This document shows, piece after piece, positions 1 to 9,358 of a DNA stretch of 53,390 nt. Within the stretch, counting starts at the first letter, position 1, and each line of letters opens with the position of its first letter. The position numbers were made by a program, and so were the translations under genes. Source of the stretch: a virus (lineage: Duplodnaviria > Caudoviricetes). Where the stretch lies: the IMG/VR virus record IMGVR_UViG_3300025307_000067, positions 1-53,390 of that record; one strand, written 5' to 3'. The notes beneath the pieces were generated by a model. That model saw only the letters and a list, made by a program, of their open reading frames with translations, had not been told where the DNA came from and did not search any database.

Positions 1-33
1 CTATATTATAGTAAATTTTGATGTTTTCTACAA
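1..33 (-). promoter_or_regulatory. sigma70-like promoter firing leftward out of the window
   Basis: Minus strand TTGTAG-17 nt-TATAAT(ATAG); the same CTATAATATA -10 context recurs elsewhere in the window. Confidence 0.55.
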
Positions 34-76
34 GAAATTTATCTAACTTTTTTGATATTAGGATGATTATTTCTCC

Positions 77-718
77 TCACTTCAAATCCAACCACTTATG
101 AATTTGGCAATTCAAGGTCACATCCCACAACTTTGCATCTAGAATCCATCCAGCTAACATCTTGCCAGACAAGGCCTCGTGGATTGGACTGAGAGCAAAT
201 CTTGCCTTACAGCCCAACTCTCTCAGAAGCCCTAAAATATTTGTAGCTCCATCAAAATCCTCTCGACTGCCTACCACTATTTTCACCCAGTCGAACTCTC
301 TCAAGAATTCAAAGGCATCTGGATTGTAGTGCCCAGGTTTGTAATCTACGATAAGGCACACGTTTTCATTCGGCTTCCGGCATTCCCGGAACCGGCGAGT
401 AGAAATCGTTCCATTCGTCTCGATGGAAATACGGTAGTTTTCCGGGAAGAGACGGTTTATCAAGAGGTGAATTTCGTCCTCTTGGAGGAGTGGCTCGCCT
501 CCGGTGATGGTAATCTTTTTGCAGCCATAGTTGCGGATGATCCTGACAACCTCATCGATGGTCGTCTCTTGGCCAGCTTTGGGATCTTGCGCTTCGGGAA
601 TGTCACAATACGAGCACCGGAGCGAGCACCCAGATAATCTTAAGAAAGTACTGGGACAACCCTGCCCCCACTTGTTAACTTCCCCATCAACAGATTGAAA
701 GATCGAAAATACTTGCAT
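77..718 (-). CDS. queE: 7-carboxy-7-deazaguanine synthase (radical SAM)
   Basis: IFQSVDGE, CSLRCSYCD (CxxxCxxC), ITGGEPLLQ, IETNG and C-terminal QIHK motifs; next to queD. Confidence 0.92.
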   Translation of the reverse strand: MQVFSIFQSVDGEVNKWGQGCPSTFLRLSGCSLRCSYCDIPEAQDPKAGQETTIDEVVRIIRNYGCKKITITGGEPLLQEDEIHLLINRLFPENYRISIETNGTISTRRFRECRKPNENVCLIVDYKPGHYNPDAFEFLREFDWVKIVVGSREDFDGATNILGLLRELGCKARFALSPIHEALSGKMLAGWILDAKLWDVTLNCQIHKWLDLK

Positions 719-933
719 TAGACCAACTCTCCATTTATTTCAATGGTTCCAGTTTCTGGTGCCTCTGGAATCAACTCGGTTTTAACAGTAGGTAATAGCA
801 TACTAAGTTGATTAGCTGTGAGCAGAAGCGGAAAATAACCATTTCGCTTAAGACTATAAGAAAAATAGTCTGGTTCATCTCCTGCCTTGTGCCGAGTTTT
901 CCAGATAACGAGAATCATTTTTAGGCCCTCCAC
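718..933 (-). CDS. hypothetical protein
   Basis: Fills the queD-queE gap with overlapping ends; start uncertain. Confidence 0.5.
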   Translation of the reverse strand: MEGLKMILVIWKTRHKAGDEPDYFSYSLKRNGYFPLLLTANQLSMLLPTVKTELIPEAPETGTIEINGELV

Positions 934-1301
934 TCACATCTAGAACCAGAGGTCTCCCAGAGTTTGATTAAGGCCAGTTCACATCCTGTCTTCTGTAGAT
1001 GATGGATTAATATTGTAGCCATCCACTGAATCATATTCTCGGCAGTGGGGTTTTCACACACCCCGATCAAGCCAGTTTCATTGAGATATTGGTGATCTAA
1101 ATGTGCGATGATGTGATCATTGACCAGATCTTTCAGTTGTTTGAAATCAGCAATCATCCCTGTTTCTGGATCTACTGGCCCTGTTACCCCTACTTCTATT
1201 GTCCAATTATGGCCATGGAGATTTTGACAAGCTCCTTTGTGGTTAGGAAGACGATGAGCGGCTGCAAATTCAAATTGTTTAACAATGATAAGTTTTGACA
1301 T
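921..1301 (-). CDS. queD: 6-carboxy-5,6,7,8-tetrahydropterin synthase
   Basis: FAAAHRL, CQNLHGHNW, DF..LK, LDHQYLNE, PTAEN, LWET motifs. Confidence 0.95.
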   Translation of the reverse strand: MSKLIIVKQFEFAAAHRLPNHKGACQNLHGHNWTIEVGVTGPVDPETGMIADFKQLKDLVNDHIIAHLDHQYLNETGLIGVCENPTAENMIQWMATILIHHLQKTGCELALIKLWETSGSRCEWRA

Positions 1302-1729
1302 TATACTTCACTCCATTCGGCTTGCCGTAGGGTCACTTTCTCAGGGTTTCCCTTGATATGGTCCTGAAAACGATTGCTGATTCCAAACCCGTTCAACAGA
1401 CCCTTATTCTCTCCGGCCAAAGCCACATTGTAGAGATAATATACCGCATACTCCTGGGTTCTTGGGAAGTTTTTGAGGGTCTTGACTGCCCAGGTCCCGA
1501 ACCTCTGGTACTTCCTTTTCAGGTCATCTGGAAGTGCTTCTTCAAGGCGGATCTTGCACCAGCTGGACACCAACTCAATGGTGCCGGTCAAGAATTCCCG
1601 GAGAGCGTCTAATGACCAGAACTCCAGATTGGCCGGATGGGTAAGCATATGAGATACAATTTGTCGAGGATCTTGCTCGTATGCTGATACTTCCTGTCCA
1701 TCAATTAATATCCTACTGGTTAGGGCCAT
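1301..1729 (-). CDS. hypothetical protein, first gene of the que operon
   Basis: AAGGAG RBS and a TATAAT promoter at ~1745; stop/start overlap with queD. Confidence 0.7.
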   Translation of the reverse strand: MALTSRILIDGQEVSAYEQDPRQIVSHMLTHPANLEFWSLDALREFLTGTIELVSSWCKIRLEEALPDDLKRKYQRFGTWAVKTLKNFPRTQEYAVYYLYNVALAGENKGLLNGFGISNRFQDHIKGNPEKVTLRQAEWSEV

Positions 1730-1777
1730 TTAAATCTCCTTTATTATATTATAGTTTTGTCTGGTTCAACTTTAAGT

Positions 1778-2515
1778 TTATTGCGGTATTCTCTTTGGTA
1801 AAATTTCATAACCCACAAAATTTCTCCTATATTCCTTGTATAATTTTTCTTCTCCTGGACCACAAAATGGATCAAGTATGGTATCACCAATAATTGAAAA
1901 CATTCTCATCAGTCGGTAAGGAATTTCTTGTGGCCACCCAGAATCACCTTTGGCTCCAGTCTTTCCCTGGACATTCCAAACCTGTTGGAACCATAAGTCT
2001 CTCTCAAATTTGGTAAATTTTGATAATTGTCTTTGTATTTTTTGTTGACCATGAAACTGCCTCAATCTACCTTTACGAAATATTCCGATATATTCGTGAT
2101 CTTGTGAGACATAAGCATTGACTGGTAAAAAACCACTACCAAGAAATGCGTTAGGGCGATTACTGATTTTCTTCCACAAGATTGGAATGAGTGGAGTGAA
2201 ACCAATTTCTTTGCAACAAATAGTTAAAGCTGCAAAATTTGGATAGCACTCAAAATTCTTATTGATGGTTCTGGTGGCGTCACCAATATTTAAACAGAGA
2301 ATACCACCAGAAATAAGAGCTCGATAACATTCTCGGATGGATAAACTCAGCAGAGCTATTGAGTCAAACCAAAGCCCAGAATTTGGTCCACAGCCCTGAT
2401 CTTCGAAACTATTATCCCATTTTTCAATCATAGGATATGGAGGAGATGTTATGACACAATGAATAGACTCATCTTCCAGTTCTGACATATTGGCAGATGA
2501 ATGATAATAAATCAT
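1778..2515 (-). CDS. DNA methyltransferase (N4-C/N6-A, beta class)
   Basis: ITSPPY motif IV near N-terminus, ILDPFCGPG motif I near C-terminus. Confidence 0.88.
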   Translation of the reverse strand: MIYYHSSANMSELEDESIHCVITSPPYPMIEKWDNSFEDQGCGPNSGLWFDSIALLSLSIRECYRALISGGILCLNIGDATRTINKNFECYPNFAALTICCKEIGFTPLIPILWKKISNRPNAFLGSGFLPVNAYVSQDHEYIGIFRKGRLRQFHGQQKIQRQLSKFTKFERDLWFQQVWNVQGKTGAKGDSGWPQEIPYRLMRMFSIIGDTILDPFCGPGEEKLYKEYRRNFVGYEILPKRIPQ

Positions 2516-4042
2516 CTAATTATTTCCCCTCACAAAAGAAGAATCAATCACCGCTTGACCAAGCTCTATGCATTGTAGAATAGTCACCTGGTTGGCGAGG
2601 ATGCTCTTGTCGTCTCGCTGAACACTTACTCCAATCCTTGCCCTCATGGCTTCACGCTCACTATCCGTCTGATCCAAGCTAATCATCCCGTCAACATCAC
2701 CTAAGATAGCCACAGATTCTCCAATGTCCGATCTTTTCTTTGTCTTCCTCTCAATAGCTTCTTTACTGCCTGCTTGGAATGGCATTATCAATAAACTATG
2801 ATATTGTTGGGCCAGGGCCACTGCAAACCGGCGATTATCAACTATTGTATGTCTATCTGTTTGTCCGGGTTTCTTCATTAAGTCTGGAGAGTCTATAACA
2901 ATTACATCTGGGACGAACCCTTCCAGATGTTCCCAAACCTGAAGGGTGGCTTTTACCTCTGATATGCCAGCAGAATACATTGGCCAGTACTGGAATTTGA
3001 ATCTAGCTCCGCGAAGCTGCTTTGAAATCCCCTCTGCTTTTCTCCAGGCATTGCGCCATGTCAAGACGTCACATTTCCATTCTTCGGCCCAGGTTTCCAT
3101 TTGCCAACTCTTCTGTCCTCGACAGACCGCGCATGGTTTGTATCCTGGGTGCTCCTGGCCAAATATCGGTCTTGGTTCTTCTCCTTTGTACAAGGTTATG
3201 CCACAAGTTCGGTCGGGTCGATAGCAAGATCCATCTTGATTGAATTTGCAATCCCAGACCGGCATCCAGATTTTACCATCCTTTGGTGGGCGAATTGGCA
3301 TTGCACAGATGGATTGGATGAACCTGCGAGTCTCTTTTCTCTTATTCATTTCAAAACTGAATCTGGCTACATTCAATCTATTATAGAGGGCTTGATCTTG
3401 GATATAAGTACAAGCCCAGGATTTGCCTGCTTTGTAGGCCCCTACCAAGCCCCAAGCATCTTCTCTTACCATCGGTCCAAGTAGTCTGCCAAGATCTCCA
3501 GGAAGAGTGAATAATTCATCATCAGTTGTGAAGGCGTCTCTGACTGACTCCATATCTCTAAGCGGTTCACAACCCAAGGTCACTACTTTCTCTGGGGCGA
3601 TGAAATTGGCTACTGATTCTCTGGCTGCTAGGATGTTTCCTTGACCAAGTCTTTCTTCAAGGTCTTCTTTCAGGAGTGTGAGGGCACGCTCCTCAAAGTA
3701 TTGTTGTGCTTGGTCAAGGAGATATTCTTCATTGAACTCACCTTGTTCATAGCTTTCTGATATAGAACTGAGAAATTGACCGATAAGCTCAGAAAGATCT
3801 GAATCCATGCCGGCTCGACGGTTGGCTTCATACAAGTCCTGGATATGACCTTGAGGAGCGCGATCATATTGGGCCAAATATTCCAATGCCCACAAGGCCA
3901 CTTTTTGCATATAAGGTACAGTCAGATAGCGTGGTTTGTAAGCTAATGCTAGATTGCGGAGCACCCTATCAGAGATTATCATTCCAGTAAGGATCGAACG
4001 TTCGATCTGGGTGTCGGCTCTTTGGCGGGTCCAAGTGGTCAA
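2516..4042 (-). CDS. DnaB-like replicative helicase with Cys-rich insertion
   Basis: Walker A GAYKAGKS, FSFEM, PDVIVIDSPD (Walker B), SDIGES motifs. Confidence 0.85.
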   Translation of the reverse strand: MTTWTRQRADTQIERSILTGMIISDRVLRNLALAYKPRYLTVPYMQKVALWALEYLAQYDRAPQGHIQDLYEANRRAGMDSDLSELIGQFLSSISESYEQGEFNEEYLLDQAQQYFEERALTLLKEDLEERLGQGNILAARESVANFIAPEKVVTLGCEPLRDMESVRDAFTTDDELFTLPGDLGRLLGPMVREDAWGLVGAYKAGKSWACTYIQDQALYNRLNVARFSFEMNKRKETRRFIQSICAMPIRPPKDGKIWMPVWDCKFNQDGSCYRPDRTCGITLYKGEEPRPIFGQEHPGYKPCAVCRGQKSWQMETWAEEWKCDVLTWRNAWRKAEGISKQLRGARFKFQYWPMYSAGISEVKATLQVWEHLEGFVPDVIVIDSPDLMKKPGQTDRHTIVDNRRFAVALAQQYHSLLIMPFQAGSKEAIERKTKKRSDIGESVAILGDVDGMISLDQTDSEREAMRARIGVSVQRDDKSILANQVTILQCIELGQAVIDSSFVRGNN

Positions 4043-4045
4043 GTT

Positions 4046-4759
4046 CTACTGTCCCAACCAAGCGTTAGCAGCATCCCATTCGATATCATTGATGTGTAAA
4101 TCTTTTGACATGGCTACAGTCGGACCTGGCTCTACCATCTTGCCAGATTCATGGGTGATGATACAACAATGAATTTCTTTGAGGAGTTGAATACCAGCCA
4201 TGTTCAAAGGAAAGGCCCCGAAATGATTCCATGCTCGGAAGTAGACGTAGTAATGAAGATAATCCATCTGAGCAATTTTATTGTAGATAATCCGAGTATC
4301 AATCATTCTGAGGCAGGGGATTGACACCGTATCTCTATCATGTGGCTCAATATATCTCTCTACATCATTGGGCAACCCTACAGGCATTACTGCCTGTTGA
4401 ACATAGAACCCCGCCTGGGCATAATGCTTGGCAGTTGCATGAATGGCCGGAGTTAAATACTGAGCATAGGTGTATGATTCATGCTCAGCAGGGGGTTCAG
4501 TGTTATACAAATATTCTCGAAGATATTTCTCAGCATCATCTTCGGTGCATGGCGACAAACAACCTGGTTTGGCCAATGGTACCAGTGGGCGCTCATGTGG
4601 ATGACTGATTTCCACTGAGCAAAAGTCCAGGGCCTTACGGAGCATCCCAGCCCTAGAGCCGCCATCCTTATGGTATTCGCGGCCTCTGGACATGATTTCC
4701 TGCATGATGCCCAACCATGCCTGCTCCAAAGTTCTAACTTTCAGATTTGTGGTAATCAT
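4046..4759 (-). CDS. thymidylate synthase-like protein (divergent)
   Basis: YTYAQY, IPCLRMID (catalytic Cys), YFRAWNHFGAFPLN, LHI motifs. Confidence 0.8.
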   Translation of the reverse strand: MITTNLKVRTLEQAWLGIMQEIMSRGREYHKDGGSRAGMLRKALDFCSVEISHPHERPLVPLAKPGCLSPCTEDDAEKYLREYLYNTEPPAEHESYTYAQYLTPAIHATAKHYAQAGFYVQQAVMPVGLPNDVERYIEPHDRDTVSIPCLRMIDTRIIYNKIAQMDYLHYYVYFRAWNHFGAFPLNMAGIQLLKEIHCCIITHESGKMVEPGPTVAMSKDLHINDIEWDAANAWLGQ

Positions 4760-5190
4760 TTATCTTCCTTCCAGTACGGTTTGAAGTTTTGTAGAGTCAT
4801 TAAGGTATCAGAGAAATTGCCTAAAAATGGAATTGCTCGATCATCAATGTAAGCTACTGCTGGAACTTTTCGATTAGTAATCTTATGAATGAGATCGCCA
4901 ACACCATATTTGTAAGTCCAAGCAATTATTCCAGATGGATTGCGGGTGGTATGGATGACAATCTCATAATTTAGCATACATAGTTGTTTAAGAAAACCTA
5001 GAGCCCCAGGCATAGGATCACCCAGATGGTCAGGACCTTTCCAGCCTATGTATTCTGCTAATACTCCATCGAAATCAACACAGATGGTTTTTGGACTGGC
5101 TTTATAGCAATCGTAACACCAGTCTTCTTTATCTTCAATAGTGATTTGTTTTTCTGGTGAGATTTCTTTTTCACATTGTGAGCAGTTCAT
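4756..5190 (-). CDS. HAD-family phosphatase/nucleotidase with N-terminal zinc ribbon
   Basis: ICVDFDGVLA, HTTR, KVPAVAYIDDRA; start placed at the ATG overlapping the upstream stop. Confidence 0.8.
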   Translation of the reverse strand: MNCSQCEKEISPEKQITIEDKEDWCYDCYKASPKTICVDFDGVLAEYIGWKGPDHLGDPMPGALGFLKQLCMLNYEIVIHTTRNPSGIIAWTYKYGVGDLIHKITNRKVPAVAYIDDRAIPFLGNFSDTLMTLQNFKPYWKEDK

Positions 5191-5594
5191 CAATACGGCC
5201 TCCTGACAATCGGTTCCAAACATTTCAATTCTGGCGTCCACGCCCCAAATTGTTTCACTACTTCCGGGAACTCTTGAATCGTATGTTTACGTAATGCCCA
5301 TGTCTCGTTTTGAGTTAGGGCGATGTGGAGGAGCTCATGGTAGAGTAGGGCTTGTTTATCATGATCGGAGGCACACTCCCACCATTCGGCCCATAAAATT
5401 ATTACATAATCAAAATCTGATAGGTGTTTCCATGGACCATGTGCAAGATGAGTCTGTCCAAGCCAGGTTGATTTTTTGGCTGATTTGACCAGATATTTGA
5501 TTTTGGCCTTACAAGCATCCATTAAAGGATTCTGTAAAAATCTGGCTCTGGCCAATTCTTCGACATCTTCTGGCGCATCGAGATAATCAGGCAT
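5190..5594 (-). CDS. putative phage metallopeptidase
   Basis: ALLYHELLHI (HExxH), LRKHTIQEF, GAW. Confidence 0.8.
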   Translation of the reverse strand: MPDYLDAPEDVEELARARFLQNPLMDACKAKIKYLVKSAKKSTWLGQTHLAHGPWKHLSDFDYVIILWAEWWECASDHDKQALLYHELLHIALTQNETWALRKHTIQEFPEVVKQFGAWTPELKCLEPIVRRPY

Positions 5595-5859
5595 GGTTAG
5601 CCTCCTTCTTTTTATAATAGATTATTTGAAAGACCCAGATGGTATTTGCTACTACGATTGAAATTCCACCTGCGAAAGAAAACTGCTGATTTAAGGATGG
5701 ATAGTAGTGCAAATTCCACAGACCCCAGACTGCGAAGAACCCTATTGTCAAAAAGCTAACTCCTCTCACTTGCTTTTGTTTGTAGAGCAGAATGATGCTG
5801 CGCCAGATAAATAAAGATCCGAGAAATTCAAACAATCCATTTATTGTATCTGGTGTCAT
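5587..5859 (-). CDS. small 3-TM membrane protein, PQ-loop/SemiSWEET-like
   Basis: Three hydrophobic helices with a K..RGVS loop. Confidence 0.55.
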   Translation of the reverse strand: MTPDTINGLFEFLGSLFIWRSIILLYKQKQVRGVSFLTIGFFAVWGLWNLHYYPSLNQQFSFAGGISIVVANTIWVFQIIYYKKKEANHA

Positions 5860-6155
5860 AGATTTACTTCGTTCTGGTTTTCTTCGCCCTCTTTCATAAT
5901 TTTTCCAACTTCAACTCGTGCCTGCTCCTTCCGATATTGTTTGGGGAAGAAGTGCTGGCGGAGTTCTTGGAAAGACTTGAAAATCTTTGGTTGTTTATTT
6001 TTGGAAGATGAGTTTACTACAGCTACCACTTTTTGTGTATCTGGAGAAATTCCATTACACCAAGAAAATCCAGGGCATTTTTCCATTGGAGAAATATAAT
6101 TGCCTTGCTTATCTATCAGAGCACATCTTCCATCGCATTCAAATTCTTTAGCCAT
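5856..6155 (-). CDS. hypothetical protein
   Basis: AAGGAG RBS, overlap with next gene. Confidence 0.55.
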   Translation of the reverse strand: MAKEFECDGRCALIDKQGNYISPMEKCPGFSWCNGISPDTQKVVAVVNSSSKNKQPKIFKSFQELRQHFFPKQYRKEQARVEVGKIMKEGEENQNEVNL

Positions 6156-6176
6156 AATAATTCCTATCTCCTTTTA

Positions 6177-7805
6177 TTATAGTCCTGGCTGCATCATTCT
6201 TAATTCTGGTCTAACTGCTAGTCTATCAACTCCAATAGAGTCCAAGAAATTCTTTACCGGCTTGTTATCAGGGTTGAACCAACCAACATTGACAATCTCT
6301 GCTGCATCTTCAATGGAGTCCAAAAATTCTTTGAAGAACTCTGGCCAGGTATTTCTACCGATAGAATTGCCATTCGTCTTCAACCTGTACTCCTGTACAT
6401 ATCTTTTCTTGAGGTTGATTATGTTGCTGGCTAATCTTGGCTTGTCTTCTGGCATTATTTTCTTAGGAATGATATCTATGGCCAGTTCCAGCTCTCGTTC
6501 TACCGACTTGAGGTCAATAGGCATCTGTTTGACAATCTTGACTGGATTTGCCATCCATACTCTCGCAAGGAAGGAGTATCCTTTATGTGATCTCATCGCG
6601 CCAGACAAATATATCTTCTCTCCTTTACCACCATAATCCACTCCCAACATATTATTGAGCAGTTGATATAACTCACGGCGTTCAGCTTGGTCAAATGTTC
6701 GATCAAGAAATCTCTCTCTCAGAACTTTCTCTGTCAGAGGATAATTGCCACCTGGCATTATCTTACCCTTCATATTATTGACAATAGCTTGTATCTCATC
6801 TGGTCGGAGGTAATTGCTTGGGCCATATATGAGTGCCTTGACCACTCTGGTGTCTTTATGATATTCTTTGGTGTCCAGTCTGGGTGACCTGACAAGATTG
6901 AGATTCTCTCTTATCCAGTTCATATCGAGGGTGACTTCGATAGGATATTTCTTGAGTTCGCCTACTTTCTTTTTCTTGAAATCATTTCTTTGGATTGGCT
7001 TTAATGTCTCGAGTTCCCATAAACGGAGATGCTCTTCAACAGTGCCAGCGGGAGCCTTGGTTGTATAAGGAATTCTTATTGGCATATTATATTCCTTTTT
7101 TGTAGGGAGGTTTATTTGTTCTATAGGGGGGTTTTCTTTTGAAGGAACTTCCTTAACAAACAGAACCGAAGGTTCTTTAGTATTATCTTTAGATAATACT
7201 CCTATACCAATATCTATACTATCTATACTTAATAGATTAGTTTTCTTATAGGGTTCACTTAGTTTTCTTATAGGGTTGCACTTAGTTTTCTTATAGGGTT
7301 CGACTTCTTTGATGTTTTGAAAATACTGCATTTCTTTGATCCCGAGTTGCTCACAAATCCAGTGTTTTTTGGCATAAGTGAAGTGCCTGATTATGGAAGC
7401 GAGAAGTTTTTTAGTGGGAGATAAATTTGAAATGAGTATATCTTCGTCGATGGTCAAACCAAGAAGATTGTCGTCTGGTGGTGGTTGCAGGAGTAATTCT
7501 ATCATTCGATTGCAATGGCTTCCATGACGCTTAATAAAGCCGAGTTTTTCGAGCTTCTGAAGGTGTTTTAAGGCAGCTTGACCACCACCACGAATACCAG
7601 ATCGTTTAGCTATTTCTTCATTCGTGATTTTGCAGGTAGTTTTATCATCCCCGCTACCCTGTATGGCAGCCCAGATAACGGAGAGAATAAGGGCATCCCC
7701 ATTGCTCTTAATGCTGCTATCTCTGAGGATGAACCAGGGTGCCTTTCGGAATTGTGGAGTTGGATCACTTGAGTTTTGAACACAGTCTGTGGGGGAGATT
7801 GGCAT
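6177..7805 (-). CDS. putative replication initiator (wHTH, internal iterons)
   Basis: TNEEIAKRSG...HLQKLEKLGFIKR wHTH; direct repeats in the linker as in lambda O-like initiators. Confidence 0.65.
   Translation of the reverse strand: MPISPTDCVQNSSDPTPQFRKAPWFILRDSSIKSNGDALILSVIWAAIQGSGDDKTTCKITNEEIAKRSGIRGGGQAALKHLQKLEKLGFIKRHGSHCNRMIELLLQPPPDDNLLGLTIDEDILISNLSPTKKLLASIIRHFTYAKKHWICEQLGIKEMQYFQNIKEVEPYKKTKCNPIRKLSEPYKKTNLLSIDSIDIGIGVLSKDNTKEPSVLFVKEVPSKENPPIEQINLPTKKEYNMPIRIPYTTKAPAGTVEEHLRLWELETLKPIQRNDFKKKKVGELKKYPIEVTLDMNWIRENLNLVRSPRLDTKEYHKDTRVVKALIYGPSNYLRPDEIQAIVNNMKGKIMPGGNYPLTEKVLRERFLDRTFDQAERRELYQLLNNMLGVDYGGKGEKIYLSGAMRSHKGYSFLARVWMANPVKIVKQMPIDLKSVERELELAIDIIPKKIMPEDKPRLASNIINLKKRYVQEYRLKTNGNSIGRNTWPEFFKEFLDSIEDAAEIVNVGWFNPDNKPVKNFLDSIGVDRLAVRPELRMMQPGL
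7237..7300. repeat. three iteron-like direct repeats (putative origin)
   Basis: TTAGTTTTCTTATAGGGTT at 7237, 7259 and 7282 (22-23 nt spacing), next to an AT-rich TATCTATAC duplication. Confidence 0.8.
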
Positions 7806-7882
7806 TTAACAATCCTCTCAAATGGAAAATTAATAACTTTCATAACCCCTACCTTATTGCCTTAAATGGAAGATATGAAGGG

Positions 7883-7915
7883 TGCTTGGAGTAGCCTGCA
7901 GAGCTACTCCAAGCA
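7883..7915. repeat. perfect 13-bp inverted repeat in the initiator leader
   Basis: TGCTTGGAGTAGC-CTGCAGA-GCTACTCCAAGCA. Confidence 0.85.
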
Positions 7916-7983
7916 ATTGAGGAAAAATTTGATGCCCTGTTTCCATTTGAGGTATTTTTATTATATTATGAAACACTTAAACT

Positions 7984-8196
7984 TCAAAGAATAAAATTTA
8001 GCCCTCCTTTCTCCTTTGATTTAGGCAACTTAGGGTTAAATCCGCTACATTCATAGCATGGTACCGCTGACCAATTAGCTTTCGCAGTTAGATCCAAGCA
8101 ATTATCATAGTGGGTGCAATTCCTTCTCTCGTGCTTCCTGGTTTTATTTCCATGACACTTCCCCATCCTTTTGGGTTTTTCTTTTAATCTCGACAT
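7984..8196 (-). CDS. small Cys-rich hypothetical protein
   Basis: CTHYDNC and CYEC motifs. Confidence 0.55.
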   Translation of the reverse strand: MSRLKEKPKRMGKCHGNKTRKHERRNCTHYDNCLDLTAKANWSAVPCYECSGFNPKLPKSKEKGGLNFIL

Positions 8197-8203
8197 TCCA
8201 TAC

Positions 8204-8446
8204 TCACCTCATTATAGGTAGGCCTTCGCCTCGTAGGAATCTCACCAGGCGAGTGGGATACACCCTCCACTCACCGCCTATCTTAACCCCTAATGATAAT
8301 CCATCAACCTCATACCTCCTAAACCAGTTCAGTAAAGTGGCGTCCGAACACTGGCACGCCTCTCGTAGTTTTAGGTCAAGATCAATCATTGGGATTGGGA
8401 GTTCGTCATCATCGAGAATTGGTTTTTCTGTCATTATGGATACCAC
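8204..8446 (-). CDS. excisionase/MerR-like HTH protein
   Basis: CSDATLLNW...GVKIGGEWRVY wing motif. Confidence 0.7.
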   Translation of the reverse strand: MVSIMTEKPILDDDELPIPMIDLDLKLREACQCSDATLLNWFRRYEVDGLSLGVKIGGEWRVYPTRLVRFLRGEGLPIMR

Positions 8447-8952
8447 TTGATCGTACTCATAGAACCACCACCAGTAGTGGGAACAGTATTAATCACTGCC
8501 CTCCCCGGGTAAAAGTGCCCACCCGCAGTATAGGATGGGTATGGGGTGGCCCCAGCAGCACACACGGCACCCACTCCGGCAGTAATCAGAGCGACCGTCC
8601 CGACCGCATACATTCGCTTTTCTTCTGAGTTTTCGACTTTGATATTAGAGACAATCCTATTAACATCGAAATAGATATCCACTATTCGATTACGGATAGT
8701 CTGCTTCTGGGTGAGATCCAGCAAAGGTAAGTAACACAAGGCAGGAATGATCCGATCATTCCCAATATATCGCCAGGGATTGACATAAAGGTTTTCTGGT
8801 TCACCTAGCAGGTACAGGATTTGCACACTGGTTGTTACACCTATCTCGATGTTATCTTGGAAAGAGGCACTCATAATCTTCTGATTGCCAGTGCCAGTGG
8901 AGGCGCAGCCAAAAAGAAGTAAAACAAACAAACAGGTTCCGATTGATTTCAT
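8434..8952 (-). CDS. lipoprotein, SmpA/OmlA-like
   Basis: Lipobox LLFG-C; IEIGVTT..QILYLLGEP; IYFD. Confidence 0.65.
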   Translation of the reverse strand: MKSIGTCLFVLLLFGCASTGTGNQKIMSASFQDNIEIGVTTSVQILYLLGEPENLYVNPWRYIGNDRIIPALCYLPLLDLTQKQTIRNRIVDIYFDVNRIVSNIKVENSEEKRMYAVGTVALITAGVGAVCAAGATPYPSYTAGGHFYPGRAVINTVPTTGGGSMSTIKWYP

Positions 8953-8961
8953 TACCTCTCC

Positions 8962-9351
8962 TTACTTCTCTGGAAATGGTGGTAGTGGTAGAGGAAGATT
9001 TCCTCTTGCTTTATTTCCTTGAACCAACATCTCCAACTGTTGAAAGATTAAGACAGCTTCATCCAAGTCTCCAAGTATTATAGCCTTAGCCATAACCTTA
9101 ATGAGGGTGTTGTATTTTATGGTTATGGGGAGTTCATCCCAAGAAATTGTAATCTCTCCTCCCAAAACTTCCTGTAAAATCTCTACTGTAAAGGCAAACG
9201 GCAGAAACTTCTCTCCTCGACTCTCAACAGGCTCATGCCAATCAACCACCCGTATTGGAGTTGACAAATCCGGATGATCAATGGTGAGTAAAGTGAGAAT
9301 AGTAGGAGCTTCTCGTAACGCTTTCTTGAATTTTTTTGAGATTTGTTTCAT
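8962..9351 (-). CDS. DUF1833-like protein
   Basis: LTLLTIDHPDLSTPIRVV...VESRGEKFLPFAF resembles DUF1833. Confidence 0.6.
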   Translation of the reverse strand: MKQISKKFKKALREAPTILTLLTIDHPDLSTPIRVVDWHEPVESRGEKFLPFAFTVEILQEVLGGEITISWDELPITIKYNTLIKVMAKAIILGDLDEAVLIFQQLEMLVQGNKARGNLPLPLPPFPEK

Positions 9352-9358
9352 GATTTGT

